DNA from: Octopus sinensis | Lineage: Eukaryota | Assembly (NCBI RefSeq): GCF_006345805.1 | Contig: NC_043010.1 | Location: forward strand, 3,410,001-3,474,000 | Reading direction: 5' to 3' | Length of the DNA: 64,000 bases | Shown: positions 37,301 through 51,815 of the stretch, piece after piece | Layout: each line of letters begins with the position of its first letter | Position numbering within the stretch: the first letter of the stretch is position 1 | Made by a program: the position numbers and the translations under genes | The notes under the pieces: generated by a model | What the model saw: only the letters and a program-made list of their open reading frames with translations | Database searches by the model: none | Told to the model about the DNA's origin: nothing

Positions 37301-38789
37301 TACTAAAAACATCTGTTGCTATGTGTGTACCAAATGATGAATAACAAGGAAGAGGAGTGAGACATTGAAACTCAACCAATCTTTGCTGCTGGTAAAAAAA
37401 ATAAGAACAGAAAATGATGATGATGATTATGATGATGAAATCAGGGAAAGAAAAAGAAATACACCAGAAATCACAGTTGTTGTTATGTGTGTGTGTGTGT
37501 GTGTGTCTGTGCGTGTGTGTGTGTGTGTGTGTGTGCGGTGTATCTCATAAATCATTTACAAGTCCTTAATCTTCCTGCAATGAAACAAGAGATCAATCTT
37601 ATATTGTCATGTTTTCATCTCATGGTGTTGATCCTATGTTTCTGACAATGTACCTACAATGTCAAACTTTCAAATCATTGCTGAGTGTGTATGTTTATAT
37701 GTGCGTGTGTGTGATAAGTGTGTGTGTGTGTATCTAAGTGTGTGCACATGTGTATGTATACACACTTATAAAAAAATAAGAAAGAGAGAGAATGAGAAAG
37801 AGAGAGAGAGAGAGAGAATCAGGTCACCAGACTTCCAGACAATAATGAATAAACTGATATAAAACTTATTGAGATTTTTTATGAATGCTAATAGGATAAG
37901 AAGATAGTGGAATTAATATTGATGAACTGGAGGATTTAATTAGAACAATTTAGCAAAATACAAAATAGATATAAACCTTATAATGTCTACCATCATATAC
38001 AACAAAAGCAAAACCAGAAAAAAATAGAATGATAATAATTTAAATAAAACTGATGACAATGATGATGGTGATGATGATGTTGATGGAAGTGGTGGTGGTG
38101 GTGGTGACAATGACAATGTTAGGGTGGGTCTGGTGATGGTAGAATGGCAGTGGTGGTGTGATGGTTCTTGTTAGCATACATATAGAAAAGAAAAACAAAA
38201 AGCGACACAAAAAATAATAATAAAAGCAAAAATAATCAAAAACTTCATAATGTTGTATTAATCAAAACTCGATAAGTATAAATTCTAAAAACCGTATAAA
38301 CTAATGGAAAAAACATAAAACTTAATTAAGAATATTGAACTCTGTAAATAAGTAATGACTAACACTTGGCAGAATTTGAGCAACTTGAAACTCTGAGGTT
38401 GAGCAGCTATGAGCAAGTACTGTTGTAGCAATACAGACTTTAAAGCCACTTTGTTCACCTACAAAATAGCTGCCAATAAAAATTATATCGTCATGAAATT
38501 TATATGAGGATAAATAGAACATCTCTCTCCCAACTCTTCATATAAGTTTCGAGTAAGGAAGGAATTTCAACCATGTTTCGTGGTCTGCTACCACAACAGC
38601 TCCTTTATAGGATCCAGTTAACTCAAGATACCATCAGGAGAAACCAGTCCAGTTTCAGCCCCTACTCCTCTACTGTTTTGACGTGGCAGGGCCCCACCCT
38701 TTCGGAGGTGTTTTCAGCTCTGGTGTTCAGTACATGTCTTCTTTCTTCTATTCCCTGGCCTCTTCGATGTAGCATCAATGAGTATCAGC

Positions 38790-38910
38790 GGGTGACTGAC
38801 TGTCTTGTCAAATTTCCCTTTAAATACCTGCTGCTAGGCTCCAGCAGGCAGCCCCAGCAACTTGTCATGTGACACTGTCTAAACTTTAACTGACCAATGG
38901 AGGGCACGTA
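38790..38910 (-). promoter_or_regulatory. Candidate Pol II core/proximal promoter, minus strand, TSS ~38797
   Basis: TATTTAAA (38826-38819) 29 nt upstream of Inr-like TCAGTC (A at 38797); GTCATGTGAC E/M-box at 38864-38873; CCAAT at 38894-38898; within a repeat-free, relatively GC-rich island. Confidence 0.5.
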
Positions 38911-39701
38911 GTCTTAGCCCATGCATTCTCTAAGCGAGACCGTCACCTATCAATCAGCGAAGCTACTTCAGTGTCAGCCTGTCTCACCTAGTGATGTTAT
39001 TTTCCTGCCGGCATTAATCAAAGAAAGTTTATTGGAAAGGAAATGGACTGACCCTCTGCCTTGTTTAAATCATATGCATGGCTCTATCACTTTCACACTA
39101 TTTGTTTAGCTAAGGAAAACTATTTGGAAAAATCTTTGCCAAAAATAATTAAACTGTATTAGATGCTATCGTCTATTTGATAAGTCCTGAACAAAAGCAT
39201 GAGATTATGCTTTTTGTTTTCAGATTTAATGGCCAATAAAATGTTTTTGACTTAAAATGAAGTTAAGCTGGAAAAGTGACCACATTATTTACTTAGATTT
39301 TCTCTGGAATATTTGCAATAAAGGGTAATGCATTCTGAAGAAGGCGAAAAGAAGCTGCCATAGAAATGTTTTAAATTTCTACCAAAAACATTAGGAGATA
39401 TTTTAGAAATGAAGACATTTAAATGCAGTAATGTAATTAATATAATGTTCTGAAAACTATCAAATAAACATTGAATCCCAACTGATTTGCAAATCAAAAG
39501 TAGAACTTCTTGAATAATAATCTAGAATAATGCAAAAAAAAAAACAAAAAATAAAACCATGAGAAATTAACAAATATGAATAAAATAATGCATTAAAATA
39601 AACTGAAAATTGTTTTAAAAAATTAGTGTTATAGAAGAGTTACAAAAGTGTAACTTATACACTCATACAATGGTTTATAAATATTCATATATTACATATG
39701 T

Positions 39702-39745
<44 letters not shown>

Positions 39746-40032
39746 CACACACACACACATATTGGATAAGATATTAGTTAATGTTTGTGTCTATGATAAT
39801 TATTTTTACCAAGTAGTGTAGACAGACATAGAAAGGTTTTGCTTTTACAGGTAATCAGCATGGCACAGCTGACAATCTTTTGTTAAGGAAGCTTTAGTTG
39901 GCTATTTATCAGGTGTAATTTCCATATATATATATATGCACTTATACAAATATACTACTTACACATATATACCTAGTAAAATGATTATGTGTTTAAGCTT
40001 ATTAATATGTTGTTGTTCTTGTTGCTGTTGCA

Positions 40033-40235
40033 AGGTTGCAAGCTGGTAGAATCGTTAGCATGCCAGGTGAGATGTTTAGTGGCAGTTCATCCGTCTTCAT
40101 GTACTGAGTTCAATTCCACTGAGGTCTACTTTGCTTTTCATTCTTTTAGGGGTCAATAAATTGAGTACTGGGTTTGATGTAATTGACCTACTCGCTTCCC
40201 CAAAATTGCTGGCCTTGTGCCAAAATTCGAAATGA
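40033..40235 (+). mobile_element. SINE family B (other copies near 5740-5940 -, 9140-9360, 25170-25320 -, 36490-36620 -, 45120-45420, 52210-52290, 53200-53330 -, 56297-56510, 57140-57255, 57690-57770)
   Basis: Shared CTTTGCCTTTCATCC..GGTCGATAAA..AGTAC domain and GGCCTTGTGCCAAAATTTGAAA 3' end. Confidence 0.75.
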
Positions 40236-40492
40236 ATATGTTGTTATTGTTGTTTAGACCTTCTTCAACTTTTATAGAGTTGACAGTCTATAATCAAAAC
40301 ACATTCCTATGGACATACTGACTTTTCTTCAGGTATAATGTACCATAGAAAACATCCATGAATCCTTTTATAACAGAATGTGGTTTGAGGGTAAGTAAGT
40401 GATTATTTCATGGGCATGACCAGGATTTCCACTGAAGACATTTTCCATTATTTTTTATTGATCCACTTTTCATTATTTAATTCATAATTTAA

Positions 40493-40712
40493 CCTTTTAG
40501 CATTTAAAGAGGCCATATCCTGCCAAAATAATGTACCTGTTTTATGTTAAAACTAGCCAGATCCAGACTCTCACACCTACCCTATAATGTCATTCTAAAA
40601 ATAAACAATCACATCATTGAAATCTTGAAGCTACAAGATAGTGCTTGATTAATTAATAACAAGGTGAACAAATAAGTATAACATTTGACCAAGTAATCTG
40701 AATGCTAAAGGG
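40493..40712. mobile_element. piggyBac-type MITE, same family as 16768
   Basis: TTAA|CCTTTTAGCATT ... AATGCTAAAGGG|TTAA. Confidence 0.85.
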
Positions 40713-40749
40713 TTAATGTTAATTTATATGTCTATAATATATACCATAT

Positions 40750-40970
40750 ATCATCACCATCATCATCATCATCGTTTAGCGTCCGTTTTCCATGCTAGCA
40801 TGGGTTGGACGGTTCAACTGGGGTCTGTGAAGCCAGAAGGCTTCATCAGGCCCAGTCAGATCTGGCAGAGTTTCTACAGCTGGATGCCCTTCCTAACGCC
40901 AACCACTCCGTGAGTGTAGTGGGTACTTTTTACGTGCCACCCGCACAGGTGCCAGGCGAGGCTGGCAAAA
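40750..40970 (-). mobile_element. Family C element (truncated)
   Basis: Near-identical to 36785-36990. Confidence 0.85.
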
Positions 40971-41187
40971 AAATACTGCGCCCAACATGTATAAGTCATA
41001 CTATTTTTATACTTGATTTTTATCTCAAAAAGCTGTGGTGTGGTTTATACCCAGGGCAAACCTAAAACTATGAAGGGAAAAATTTTGTACCAAGATTTAA
41101 CATTAAATTAGGGTCCAAGTTATTCACAAGTGTGACTTATAGTTGAATGAATAAATAAATAAATAAATCCATCCCTCTGTCCATCCG

Positions 41188-41240
<53 letters not shown>

Positions 41241-42247
41241 TTATCTATTTATACAGAGCCTGGTGGGTTTTATCTGGGCCTGCCAAACTCCACTTGACTA
41301 CATATGTGTTTTTGTTATAGACAGACTGCAAAACCATGTAGAAATTCATTTCATAGGCTGATTAGATGACTCATTAATATGCTGTAATTGCAGATGTTTT
41401 CTCAGAAATTTGAAAGCTATCTCATTGGTTTATGTTCCAGAAAAAGTGATCTGAATGTTACAAGTGATTCTTGGAAGAATGAATGTACTGTCTCTTTGAA
41501 AACAAAGAATAATGTTCTTGTCAAAAGAAGCCCTTAAGACTTCACTTTATAATGAAATAAAGCAAAAGTGGCAAAGGTGGTAGAAAAAGTAGGAAACCAA
41601 TGATTTCACTTACACTAAAGCAACTAACAAATAACTATAATCACAATAAAAGAGAAGGAAGTTTACAGTGAAGTAAATAAATTCTTTCATATCAGACAAC
41701 TGATCAAACAATAATGTACGACAAAAACAAAGCATATAAAATATAAAAGCCTACTAGATAATGGCAAAGACATAAAATTAAAGTTGTAATTACTTGGTGT
41801 CTATAACTTGCCACAGGTTAACATTGTAAACAAGCAATTACAGTTATGTAATGTAATTTTTCAATTCTCATATGTCCAAGAAAGTTGCAAACTTTATTAG
41901 AATGTATATTAAATGGCTGAACTCTATGTCTTTAACTTATAGCTTAACCCCACAATTTAATGTCAGTGCAGTTGCATTGAATATCATCTCAATATCAGTT
42001 TAGTTAGACAATAATACATTAAAAGGTAATATAACAGTAATATATATTATATATTTTAAAATTATAAAACAAGTCATTAAATTGATTTTGATCTTAAAAT
42101 CATTAATTTAAAATAGAAGAAAGCTGAATTTCTTCAGTTGACGTTTAAATAGACTAATGATTAAATCTATGAAATTTACACCCACTGAATACCTGTTTTA
42201 TATATACATATATGTGTGTAAATATATATATATATATGTGTGTGTGT

Positions 42248-42302
<55 letters not shown>

Positions 42303-42499
42303 TATATATATATATATTATATTATTTCACATTGCTCCGGTCCACTCAGTTGATAGAAATGACAAATCCTGCAATGGGCTGATGTCCCATCCAGGGGCAA
42401 ATATGTATAGCAAAGAAACCGATAAACCAGCCTTATGACTATATATGACTCAGGAAGGATCATCATCCTTTTATATTTTTATACACATACACATAGACA

Positions 42500-43315
42500 T
42501 AATGTATGCATGTATGTATGTATGTATGTATGTATGTATGTATGTATGTATGTATGTATGTATGTATTTATGTATGTATGTATGTATGTATGTATGTATG
42601 TATGTATGTATGTATGTGTGTATGTATGTATGTATGTATGTATGTATGCATGTATGTATGTATGTATGTGTGTATGTATGTATGTATGTATTTATGTATG
42701 TGTGTGTGTATGTATGTATGTATGCATGTATGTATGTGTGTGTGTATGTATGTATGTATGTATGCATGTATGTATGTATGTGTGTGTGTATGTGTATGGA
42801 TGCAAGTATGTATGTATAGAGAAGCAGCTACACACACACTCATACTCATACATGCATGCTTGCATAAGTATACTTACATACACACGCAACACATAACATT
42901 GATTTCTTAGAAAGCCGGAAGTCTTCAAATTTAAGGGAGGAGGGACAATCACTAACAACAAACCCAGATTTTGACTGAGTCCTTTATGAATCCTGTAAAG
43001 AAATAACAAGCTGAAACGCATGCAAATACAAAAAGAAAACCTGATTCACTCGTCAGGTTTTTCCCTTTGTACTAATTAGTTTACATATATTTCCATTCAG
43101 TATATGACTTATAGGTAACATGTTTATAATACCTTTATGTTCATAAACAATATGTATATTTGTCAGTGTATGTGCAAGTGAATACATGTTTGGCTGGAAA
43201 CATAACACGGAAGTCTATAGTCTTTGTTATTGTCAAGGTTTTGATATCCTCAAAGAGATCACAGGATAATATATATATATATATATAATATATATTATAT
43301 ATATATATATATATC

Positions 43316-43354
<39 letters not shown>

Positions 43355-43387
43355 GTATATATATATGTATATATGTATATATATATG

Positions 43388-43421
<34 letters not shown>

Positions 43422-43464
43422 TAATATATATATATATTATATATATATATATATATATATTTTG

Positions 43465-43495
<31 letters not shown>

Positions 43496-43594
43496 ATATA
43501 TATATATATTATATATATATATATACACATATATGTGTGTGTATATATGTGTATATATATATATATGTGTGTGTGTGTGTATATACGTGCGTGC

Positions 43595-43637
<43 letters not shown>

Positions 43638-43755
43638 TATGTGTGTGTATATATGTGTATATATATATATATGTGTGTGTGTGTATATACGTGCGTGCAT
43701 GTATATATATATATATATGCGTGTATATTTTATTTATATTATATATACATATATA
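42500..43755. repeat. (TATG)n and (TA)n/(TG)n microsatellite blocks
   Basis: Directly visible at 42500-42815 and 43268-43755. Confidence 0.9.
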
Positions 43756-43779
43756 TCTGGCAACAGGACTGTATCATGT

Positions 43780-44640
43780 TACACAAGCAGAAGAACCCAG
43801 TGATGGCTGTCAGACAATTTCTGTGGCCACATCACCCCTAACATCTGACCACCTTTATTTCTAGATTGGTCTGCTTTTTGGCATCCTTCTGGCCTCGAGT
43901 CTAAAGTCATTAATAACTAGTCTATGCTCTTCACCAGGGAGGGTCTTTGTATTTAAGAGCAACCTTACATCCCGCTGTCTGGTGAGGATGAAATGAATCT
44001 GGCTATCAGAGTCACCTGATTGATAGGTTATCAGGTGGCTGTCTACCTTCCTGAAGTTAGTGTTGCAGATTAATAGTTTGCATGCATCACAGAACTCCAG
44101 TAGTCTACTTCCCTCTTCATTTCAGGAAACAATTCCATAGCCCTTGTGAACACCATAAAAGATACTGAACTGCCATCCAACTGCCCATAAAAACCTCCAG
44201 CCACAAAGATGAGGTCATTGCCACTCATCTTTGAGGTAGCCTGTAGAAGGGTATCATAAAAGTGGTCCTTCTGATCGTTTTGTAGGCCCGTTTGTGGGGT
44301 ACAGGCAGAGATAATTGTAGCTATACTATTCTGTAGGACCATTCTGTAGGACTAGCCTGAGTTTAAGCACTCTATCACATACCTTGACTACCTCTATGAC
44401 CTTATCCACCCATTTCTCTGCAAGGAGTATGCTTACACCCACTACTCCATCACTGTTACCTTCCCAGAAGATTTTATACCCATGTGCCTTGCCTGTGAGG
44501 ACCCTGGCTGAAAATCCTCTCTATTTACCTCTTGTATGCAGCATACATCAACACGTCTCCCTTGAAGCTTCTACAATCTCACTAGACCTACGTTTCAGTG
44601 TGCCAAACATTGACAGTGCCAACTCTAAAACTTGGAAAGG
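43780..44640 (-). mobile_element. Decayed RTE-clade LINE, apurinic endonuclease region
   Basis: Minus-strand translation fragments FRVGTVNV, LLAEKWVDKVIEVV, VLQNSIATIISACTPQTGLQNDQKDHFYDTLLQ...DLIFVAGGFYG (APE AYAP / GDFN motifs, degenerate). Confidence 0.85.
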
Positions 44641-45529
44641 AATGTGGGAGGAGGCATAGGAAAGGAAGATGTTATTCAGCACCTGAAAAGAAGAAGGTTT
44701 CTGTATTTGTTTGATAGACATGCTACACCTGTTCTCACTTTCGACCTGTCATCATTGAAATATTCAAGCATGTTAAGATTGTTGCCCCTACTGGGGGTAG
44801 GGGTAGTGTTAGTGGCGTTGTAAGTATAAGTATTATGGACATTGTAAAAATGTAAATTGAAGCATTACTGGTGTTGCAGATATAAGTAAGTAAATCAATA
44901 AAGATATCATAAAGGAGAATATGAATATCAATATGCCAATGTTAGATTAAGTAGGTAGGCAGCTAGACTAGTTGTGTTTGTCCCGGGCAAGAGAGAGAGG
45001 GAGAGGAGATTGCAGGTATGATAGAGGATACCACCTGTGAGGAAGAGGGTTTCTGGTGAGAGAAGAGAGGAACAAGCATGCCCACACACACACACAAGAA
45101 CAGGCATGAATACAAGAACTGTTAGAATACCAGAAAAAAATACCATGCAGCATTTGTTTCAGTTCTTTGCATTCTGAGTTCAAATCCTTCAAAGGTTAGC
45201 TTTGCTTTCCATCCCTCAGCAGTTAATAAAATAAAAATACCGGGCAAGCACTGAGGTTGATGCTACTGACTAATCTCACTGCTTCTAAAAATTGCTGGCC
45301 TTGTGTCTAAATTAGAAACCATTAATGTTATGATTATTTTTATTTCTTCTGGTTCAGCATTCTGACTTCAAATTCTGCAAAAGTTGATGCCACCTTTCAT
45401 CCACAGGGATTTGAGAAAGTAAGTTCTGTCATAAGAGAATAAGTGTTGTATTAGTCTCTTGCTTAAAACGAAGGGAAAGTGTCTTGACTCTCTCTCTCTC
45501 TTTCTCCCCTCTGTCTCTCTCTCCCCCTC

Positions 45530-45610
<81 letters not shown>

Positions 45611-45648
45611 AAGTATATAAATATATATGCTTATATATATATTATATG

Positions 45649-45696
<48 letters not shown>

Positions 45697-47529
45697 ATAT
45701 ATGCTTATATATATATATTCTTATATATATATGTGCATGTGTGTGTAATATACTTGTATGATATATAATATATATATACACACTCACACAAAGATATACA
45801 AACATATATATGTTTGATAAATATATATATAATATATCTATAAAGTATATATTATTATATATAATGAATGTGTGTGTGTGTGTGTTGTTTATATTATTTA
45901 TTCAAAAGTAATCTAGCATATGCATTGAATGCTGTTTTCCATTGTATCGACACAAAACGAATGTACACCCATATGTTAACGCCTCAGTGCATCAACCACT
46001 ATACTACTACAAATACCTTATCAAATTTAATTACCAATATAGCAATATTCAGCAAACAGCATTATTGATAACTGCGAATATATATATGCATATACGCATG
46101 CATATGTTTGTGCATATTATTTTGCATTACATCTGGTGTAATTGAATGGTGTTTGCCTTTTAACTTGCTCAGTCAGTCAGTTGACATCAATTAACGGTTT
46201 CATACAATCAATCGTGGTTCTTTGCATTCAGACTTTATTTAATGCTTTTGATACCAAAGCTGCCTGAGACCATTTATCATTCTACAATACAAAACCCCAT
46301 TTTAGAGTGTTCATATTTAAATTAAAAATTTCTGCCATTATTTTATCTAATAACCACCCGTTAAGACATGTTCAAAAATATCAGTTTAATAATGGGAAGG
46401 TCAGTTATTTTACTAGATGCCACCTACTTTAAAAAATTCTTTTCAAAATTAATTATAAAATATGAGCAATGTATTTCACTTGAAATATGGCCTATGTAAT
46501 TCAGTCTTTAATTAAAACTGAAATCGTAAATATTAATATAATTTTTGAAACTCTATAATATTGTAAGCAGGTTCTTTCAATGATCTGAATGAATTGGGTA
46601 TAGGTCACGTTTGGTGTGGCAGATTATAAGAGAGCCATGATTGCATAAACCATGGTGTACATGAGTTCAGTTCCTACTTCTGTTACTACTATATGGAATT
46701 TATAGCAATGAACTGAATGCATGAATACATGCACACACACTCACACATATATTTATATATATTCTACAGCAGTGCTCCAGCATGACTACAACCACATAGT
46801 TAAAATGAATAAAAGAATTATATATACATATATATATATATATATAGTAAATGGAAGATGAGAGATGGAAGATGGAAGATACACGAATTCTTATTAATCA
46901 TGATAATTGTTTTGACACATCTAGCATTGACCCCTCGTAGGTGGGACACTTAGTTCATGAGCATCCAACAGTGCAGATGTGTCTCTTCAGGTGATAAATA
47001 GATATAACTCATTAAAATAACAGCTCCACTATGCATCTCCTCATTTTGTGTAAAGAAAAGCAGAAAAACAAAGGACATATCTTCATTTGTATAGAAGATT
47101 AAAAATACCCAGCATGGCCACAGCTTGTGAGCTGAAACTAAATAAATAAATAAATAAATAAATAAAGAGGCAAGAAAGAAACAAACACAGAATACAGCGA
47201 GAAAAGGTTTAAAAATAACTGTTAATGGATAAGGATGTATAAACACCTCGTACAAGCTAGATGGTACATGCACACTTGCTTATACAAGCATCGACGAAGA
47301 TGTAAGCAAATGCACACATGTGGTTTGGTGCACACATGTTCACATAGCGAGTTAAATTGTTACTTGGTGTTTATAAGAATGGGGAGGTTAAAGCTAAACT
47401 TAATTCATCCATGCCTTAAAGTAAATTAAGTTAACATTTACTCAAATTCATTCCCACTGCATTGTGTGAAAGTATATTTATATGCATCGTGAGAGTCTTT
47501 CAGAAATTCTATTAATGATCTCCTCATTG

Positions 47530-48570
47530 GTCCACAGGATAGACAGGGATTCCTCGGAGCAGAGCAAAAATCACCTGGAAATGATATTGTATGATTTTTT
47601 ATGCCTTTCAATGGACCAAGTTATGGTATACTTAATTTTATCTTCCTTTAGTCACAAAATCGGTCAAAGATGTTGAATATCTCTTATTGATTCTCTTGAA
47701 ACTGGGAACATAGTTGCAATAACGATTCTTAAATGAATCAGCCATTTGCCCAAAGTAAACATATGACCCTCCTCTTGTGTGCACAGTACATTTATATACA
47801 AAATGTATACTCATACAGAGGTTCATCAATGAGCATTTTGATTTCTTTCTGCATGAGCATTTATTATATTTATTTGTAGTTCTGACTTCATTTTCCAACA
47901 TTGTTACCATGTTAGCTATATCATAACCATTTCTACTATCACATTTTGGTTGTATTTGTTGCTTTTCATTGTGGTTGAAAATAACATGACATTTATTAGA
48001 TTTAGGAAAACATTTGTCAAGAGCAGCAAAAAGTTTTCCAGTTCTTGGTTGGAACATGTGAATCGAAAATTGGGTTGAACCAGAGGATATCATGATTTCA
48101 ATATCTGTTGTTTTGGCTTATTTTATTTAGTATGTTGTACAGGATTGGAACAATTTACTCTATTATGAGCAGTTGGATTATTGAGTCGTGTGTGTCTACA
48201 AGTTTTCATTGATAGTTTAGTGCCTTGACCAATTTTTCCTGGCCTGTACTCTCAATCTGAGTAAGTTCTCATACTAAAATGTTGTGATGGTGTACAATGT
48301 GTATTATAATTGAAGGAATTGATAGTGTTGCTTATGCCTGCTTCTTGTATGTATTAAATTTTCTCATGGTACCCAGCCATAGCTAAAGTAGCATCATAAT
48401 AAGCTGCATGTGATTTGAACATTTTTTTATTAGCAGATAATCTAGAAATTCTTGTGGAAATATTCTTAACTAATTCTTGTATTATCGAGGATAGACGGTT
48501 GGATACTACATTTATGTACTTAATATAATCATTTAGCTTATGAAATGGTTCAAATAATCCAGTACTGGCA
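47530..48570 (-). mobile_element. Decayed Penelope-like retroelement (RT thumb, Cys-rich linker, GIY-YIG endonuclease)
   Basis: Translations FEPFHKLNDYIKYINVVSNRLSSIIQELVKNISTRISRLS...AGYHEKI and CSCRKKSKCSLMNLC...VYKCTV...YVYFGQMADSFKNRY...SF...STSL match the PLE RT C-terminus and GIY-YIG pattern; frameshifts and stops present. Confidence 0.85.
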
Positions 48571-48902
48571 TCCATGCCAGTGGCACGTAAAAAGCACCAT
48601 CTGACCGTGGCCGTTGCCAGCTTCGTCTGGTCCCCGTGCCGGTGGCATGTAAAAAGCACCATCCGATCGTGGCCGTTTGCCAGCCTCGTCTGGCACTTGT
48701 GCCGGTGGCATGTAAAAAGCACCTACTACACTCACAGAGTGGTTGGCGTTAGGAAGGGTATCCAGCTGTAGAAACACTGCCAGACCAGACTGGGCCTGGT
48801 GCAGCCTTCTGGCTTCCCAGACCCCAGTTGAACCGTCCAACCCATGCCAGCATGGAAAGCGGACGTTAAACGATGATGAGGATGATGATGATGATGATGA
48901 TG
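48566..48902 (+). mobile_element. Family C element abutting the Penelope fragment
   Basis: Reverse complement of the 36785 family; ends GGACGTTAAACGATGATG. Confidence 0.85.
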
Positions 48903-49264
48903 AATTCTAAACTGTGTACCCCAGATGCAGTGGAAACAGGTAGATTGATAGAGAAGAACTTGTGTGGTTCAGACACATATAAATAGTTAGCAGTAAGAAT
49001 GCTTATGGAATAATTTTTCTTTAAATAACCAGAAAGCTCCCTCGTAGTAGATGACAGCTTCTGTTATCTAGACAACCTAATAAATAATGGAGATGTATGC
49101 AAAAGACCAGTATTCACAGTGGATAAAATTTGAGGAGCTTTTACTTCTGCAGGAAACAGTTTCCCTGTGATTCATTGATAAATTATTGAAATTTGATAGT
49201 ATATTCAAAGTTTGCTAACATATTGGTAAATTTATTGATGGAGAGGGTGGTAGGAGAGTCAGAT

Positions 49265-50315
49265 TAAATGTATAGAGATACAAACAGTATCATGACTGTC
49301 TCAATGTAGAAATATACATAGTACAGTAATAGACATTGTGTAGAGACAGATATAGTAGAGTAACAGATTAACTGTAACAATAGATGTAGTATAGTAACAG
49401 GCTTTTTACAGAAATAGGTATATATAGTACGGCAGTAGACTATGTAAAAACAGATATAGAACAATGCTGGACTTTATGTAGCAATAGATGTAGTACAGAG
49501 ATAGACTAAATGTAGAAGCAGATATAGTATAGTGATAGACTTTATATAGAAATATACATAGGCGCAGGAGTGGCTGTGTGGTAAGTAGCTTGCTAACCAA
49601 CCACATGGTTCCAGGTTCAGTCCCACTGCGTGGCATCTTGGGCAAGTGTCTTCTGCTATAGCCTCAGGTCGACCAATGCCTTGTGAGTGAATTTGGTAGA
49701 CGGAAACTGAAAGAAGCCTGTCGTATATATGTATATATATATATGTGTGTGAGTGTATGTGTTTGTGTGTCTGTGTTTGCCCCCCTAGCATTGCTTGACA
49801 ACCGATGCTGGTGTGTTTACGTCCCCGTCACTTAGCGGTTCGGCAAAAGAGACCGATAGAATAAGTACTGGGCTTACAAAGAATAAGTCCCGGGGTCGAT
49901 TTGCTCAACTAAAGGCGGTGCTCCAGCATGGCCGCAGTCGAATGACTGAAACAAGTAAAAGAGAAAGAGTAAAGAGTATATAGTACATTACAGACTTTAA
50001 ATGGAAACAGATATAGTACGGTAACAGATGGTGAGCATTATCTCCTGATGACACCTGAAACCTATCAGCATCCTGTGTGCAGAGTCTTCAATTAAAATCA
50101 TTTGCATAAGCAAGCTCTTTCTGAGTCTCTGTAGAAATATGTATCGTACAGAGATAAAGGAAATGTAGAGCTAGATAGATTAACAGGCTTCATATAAAAA
50201 TACAGAACCAGCACAGTGATAGATTAAATATAGAAATATTGAAAAAGTACAGACAACCTAATGTAGTCATACAGAAATTGTATATTGACAGGATAAATGT
50301 AAAATTACAGAAATA
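49265..50315. repeat. Degenerate ~34-bp minisatellite interrupted by a SINE
   Basis: Units resembling TGTAGAAACAGATATAGTACAGTAATAGACTAAA on both sides of the SINE. Confidence 0.7.
49559..49978 (+). mobile_element. SINE family A (full length), inserted in a minisatellite
   Basis: High similarity to 6021-6437. Confidence 0.9.
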
Positions 50316-51195
50316 AGTCTGTGACTAAATGTAATCTCATCAGGTTTAACTTTGCTTTATATCGTTTCAGGTTCAATAAAACAGATACCAGCATTATACT
50401 GAGATTGATTTGATAAACCACTCATTCTTCTCAACAAAAATTTAACTTAGTGTTAAATGTCAAAAGAAATCAATATAATTATTAATGGAGAAGGGAGATA
50501 ACGATTGGCATTTGTTCTTTACTATGCTGTTGTGTATAAAAATAAAATATAGATATCTTGTAAACAATAGGATCATATATGAGTGTGGGAGCGTGTGTGT
50601 ACACATGTAGGATATTACATATTTTATCAGGTTCTCCAACTCCTGGTGAAGTAAAAAAAAACATTGATCCATAGATGTCTAAATCAATACATAAATCTGC
50701 TCTAAAAAGTAAGCAAAATGATTATTCTATAATCATTACCCCAAAGCTGAACGTTATTTATACAAAATAAGAATTGAATACAAAATGAAATCCTGGGTCT
50801 TATACCTATAATCAATGTATGGAATGATAGCCGGAGATTCTAAAGCAACTGCCCATAAATGGTTTCTTTTCTATCAATTTTTTTATAAGAAAGATGTTCA
50901 GATCTACCAGACAACTGAATAAGTTTCTTTAATTTTTTTTTCCAACATCATCACCGTCATTGTCATCATCATCGTTATCATCATCATTTTAACATCCTCT
51001 TCCTATGGCTAGAAGCCTTTCTTAACATAAACCCTAATCTGTCTCCAAGCAAAGTTCTACTTCTTAATAGCTGAAAATGTTTACATGGAAGATTGGAAAT
51101 GAAGATCACTGTTTATGTGACCATAACACTCATTTATAAATATAGCATGATGAGGAGGCACAAAAACACACACTCATATAGTTTATATATATATA

Positions 51196-51237
<42 letters not shown>

Positions 51238-51429
51238 ATGCATGCATGTGTGTGATGGTGGGATAATAGTCATTGTTTCGGTTGGTCAAGCATGAGAATT
51301 CAGCAAGAAAGTCTAATGACAGCTGCTTCTGATAGGACCCCACTATGGGGATGTGTGACACTCTACCAACATGATTCTTCCATGAATAGTAGACAGAGTA
51401 GGGATGCAGAGATGGACAGATATGTGTGT

Positions 51430-51815
<386 letters not shown>

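Noticed and set aside
39835-39856. TTTTGCTTTTACAG|GTAATC, recursive-splice-like site
   Set aside because: On the plus strand, where no gene is evident; such motifs occur by chance in AT-rich DNA
43036-43062. Short hairpin AAAACCTGA...TCAGGTTTT (similar short one near 27250-27290)
   Set aside because: 9-bp AT-rich stems are expected by chance; bacterial-style terminator logic does not apply
48354-48840. 122-aa and 96-aa ORFs
   Set aside because: Chimeric frames running from a family C repeat into the decayed Penelope RT
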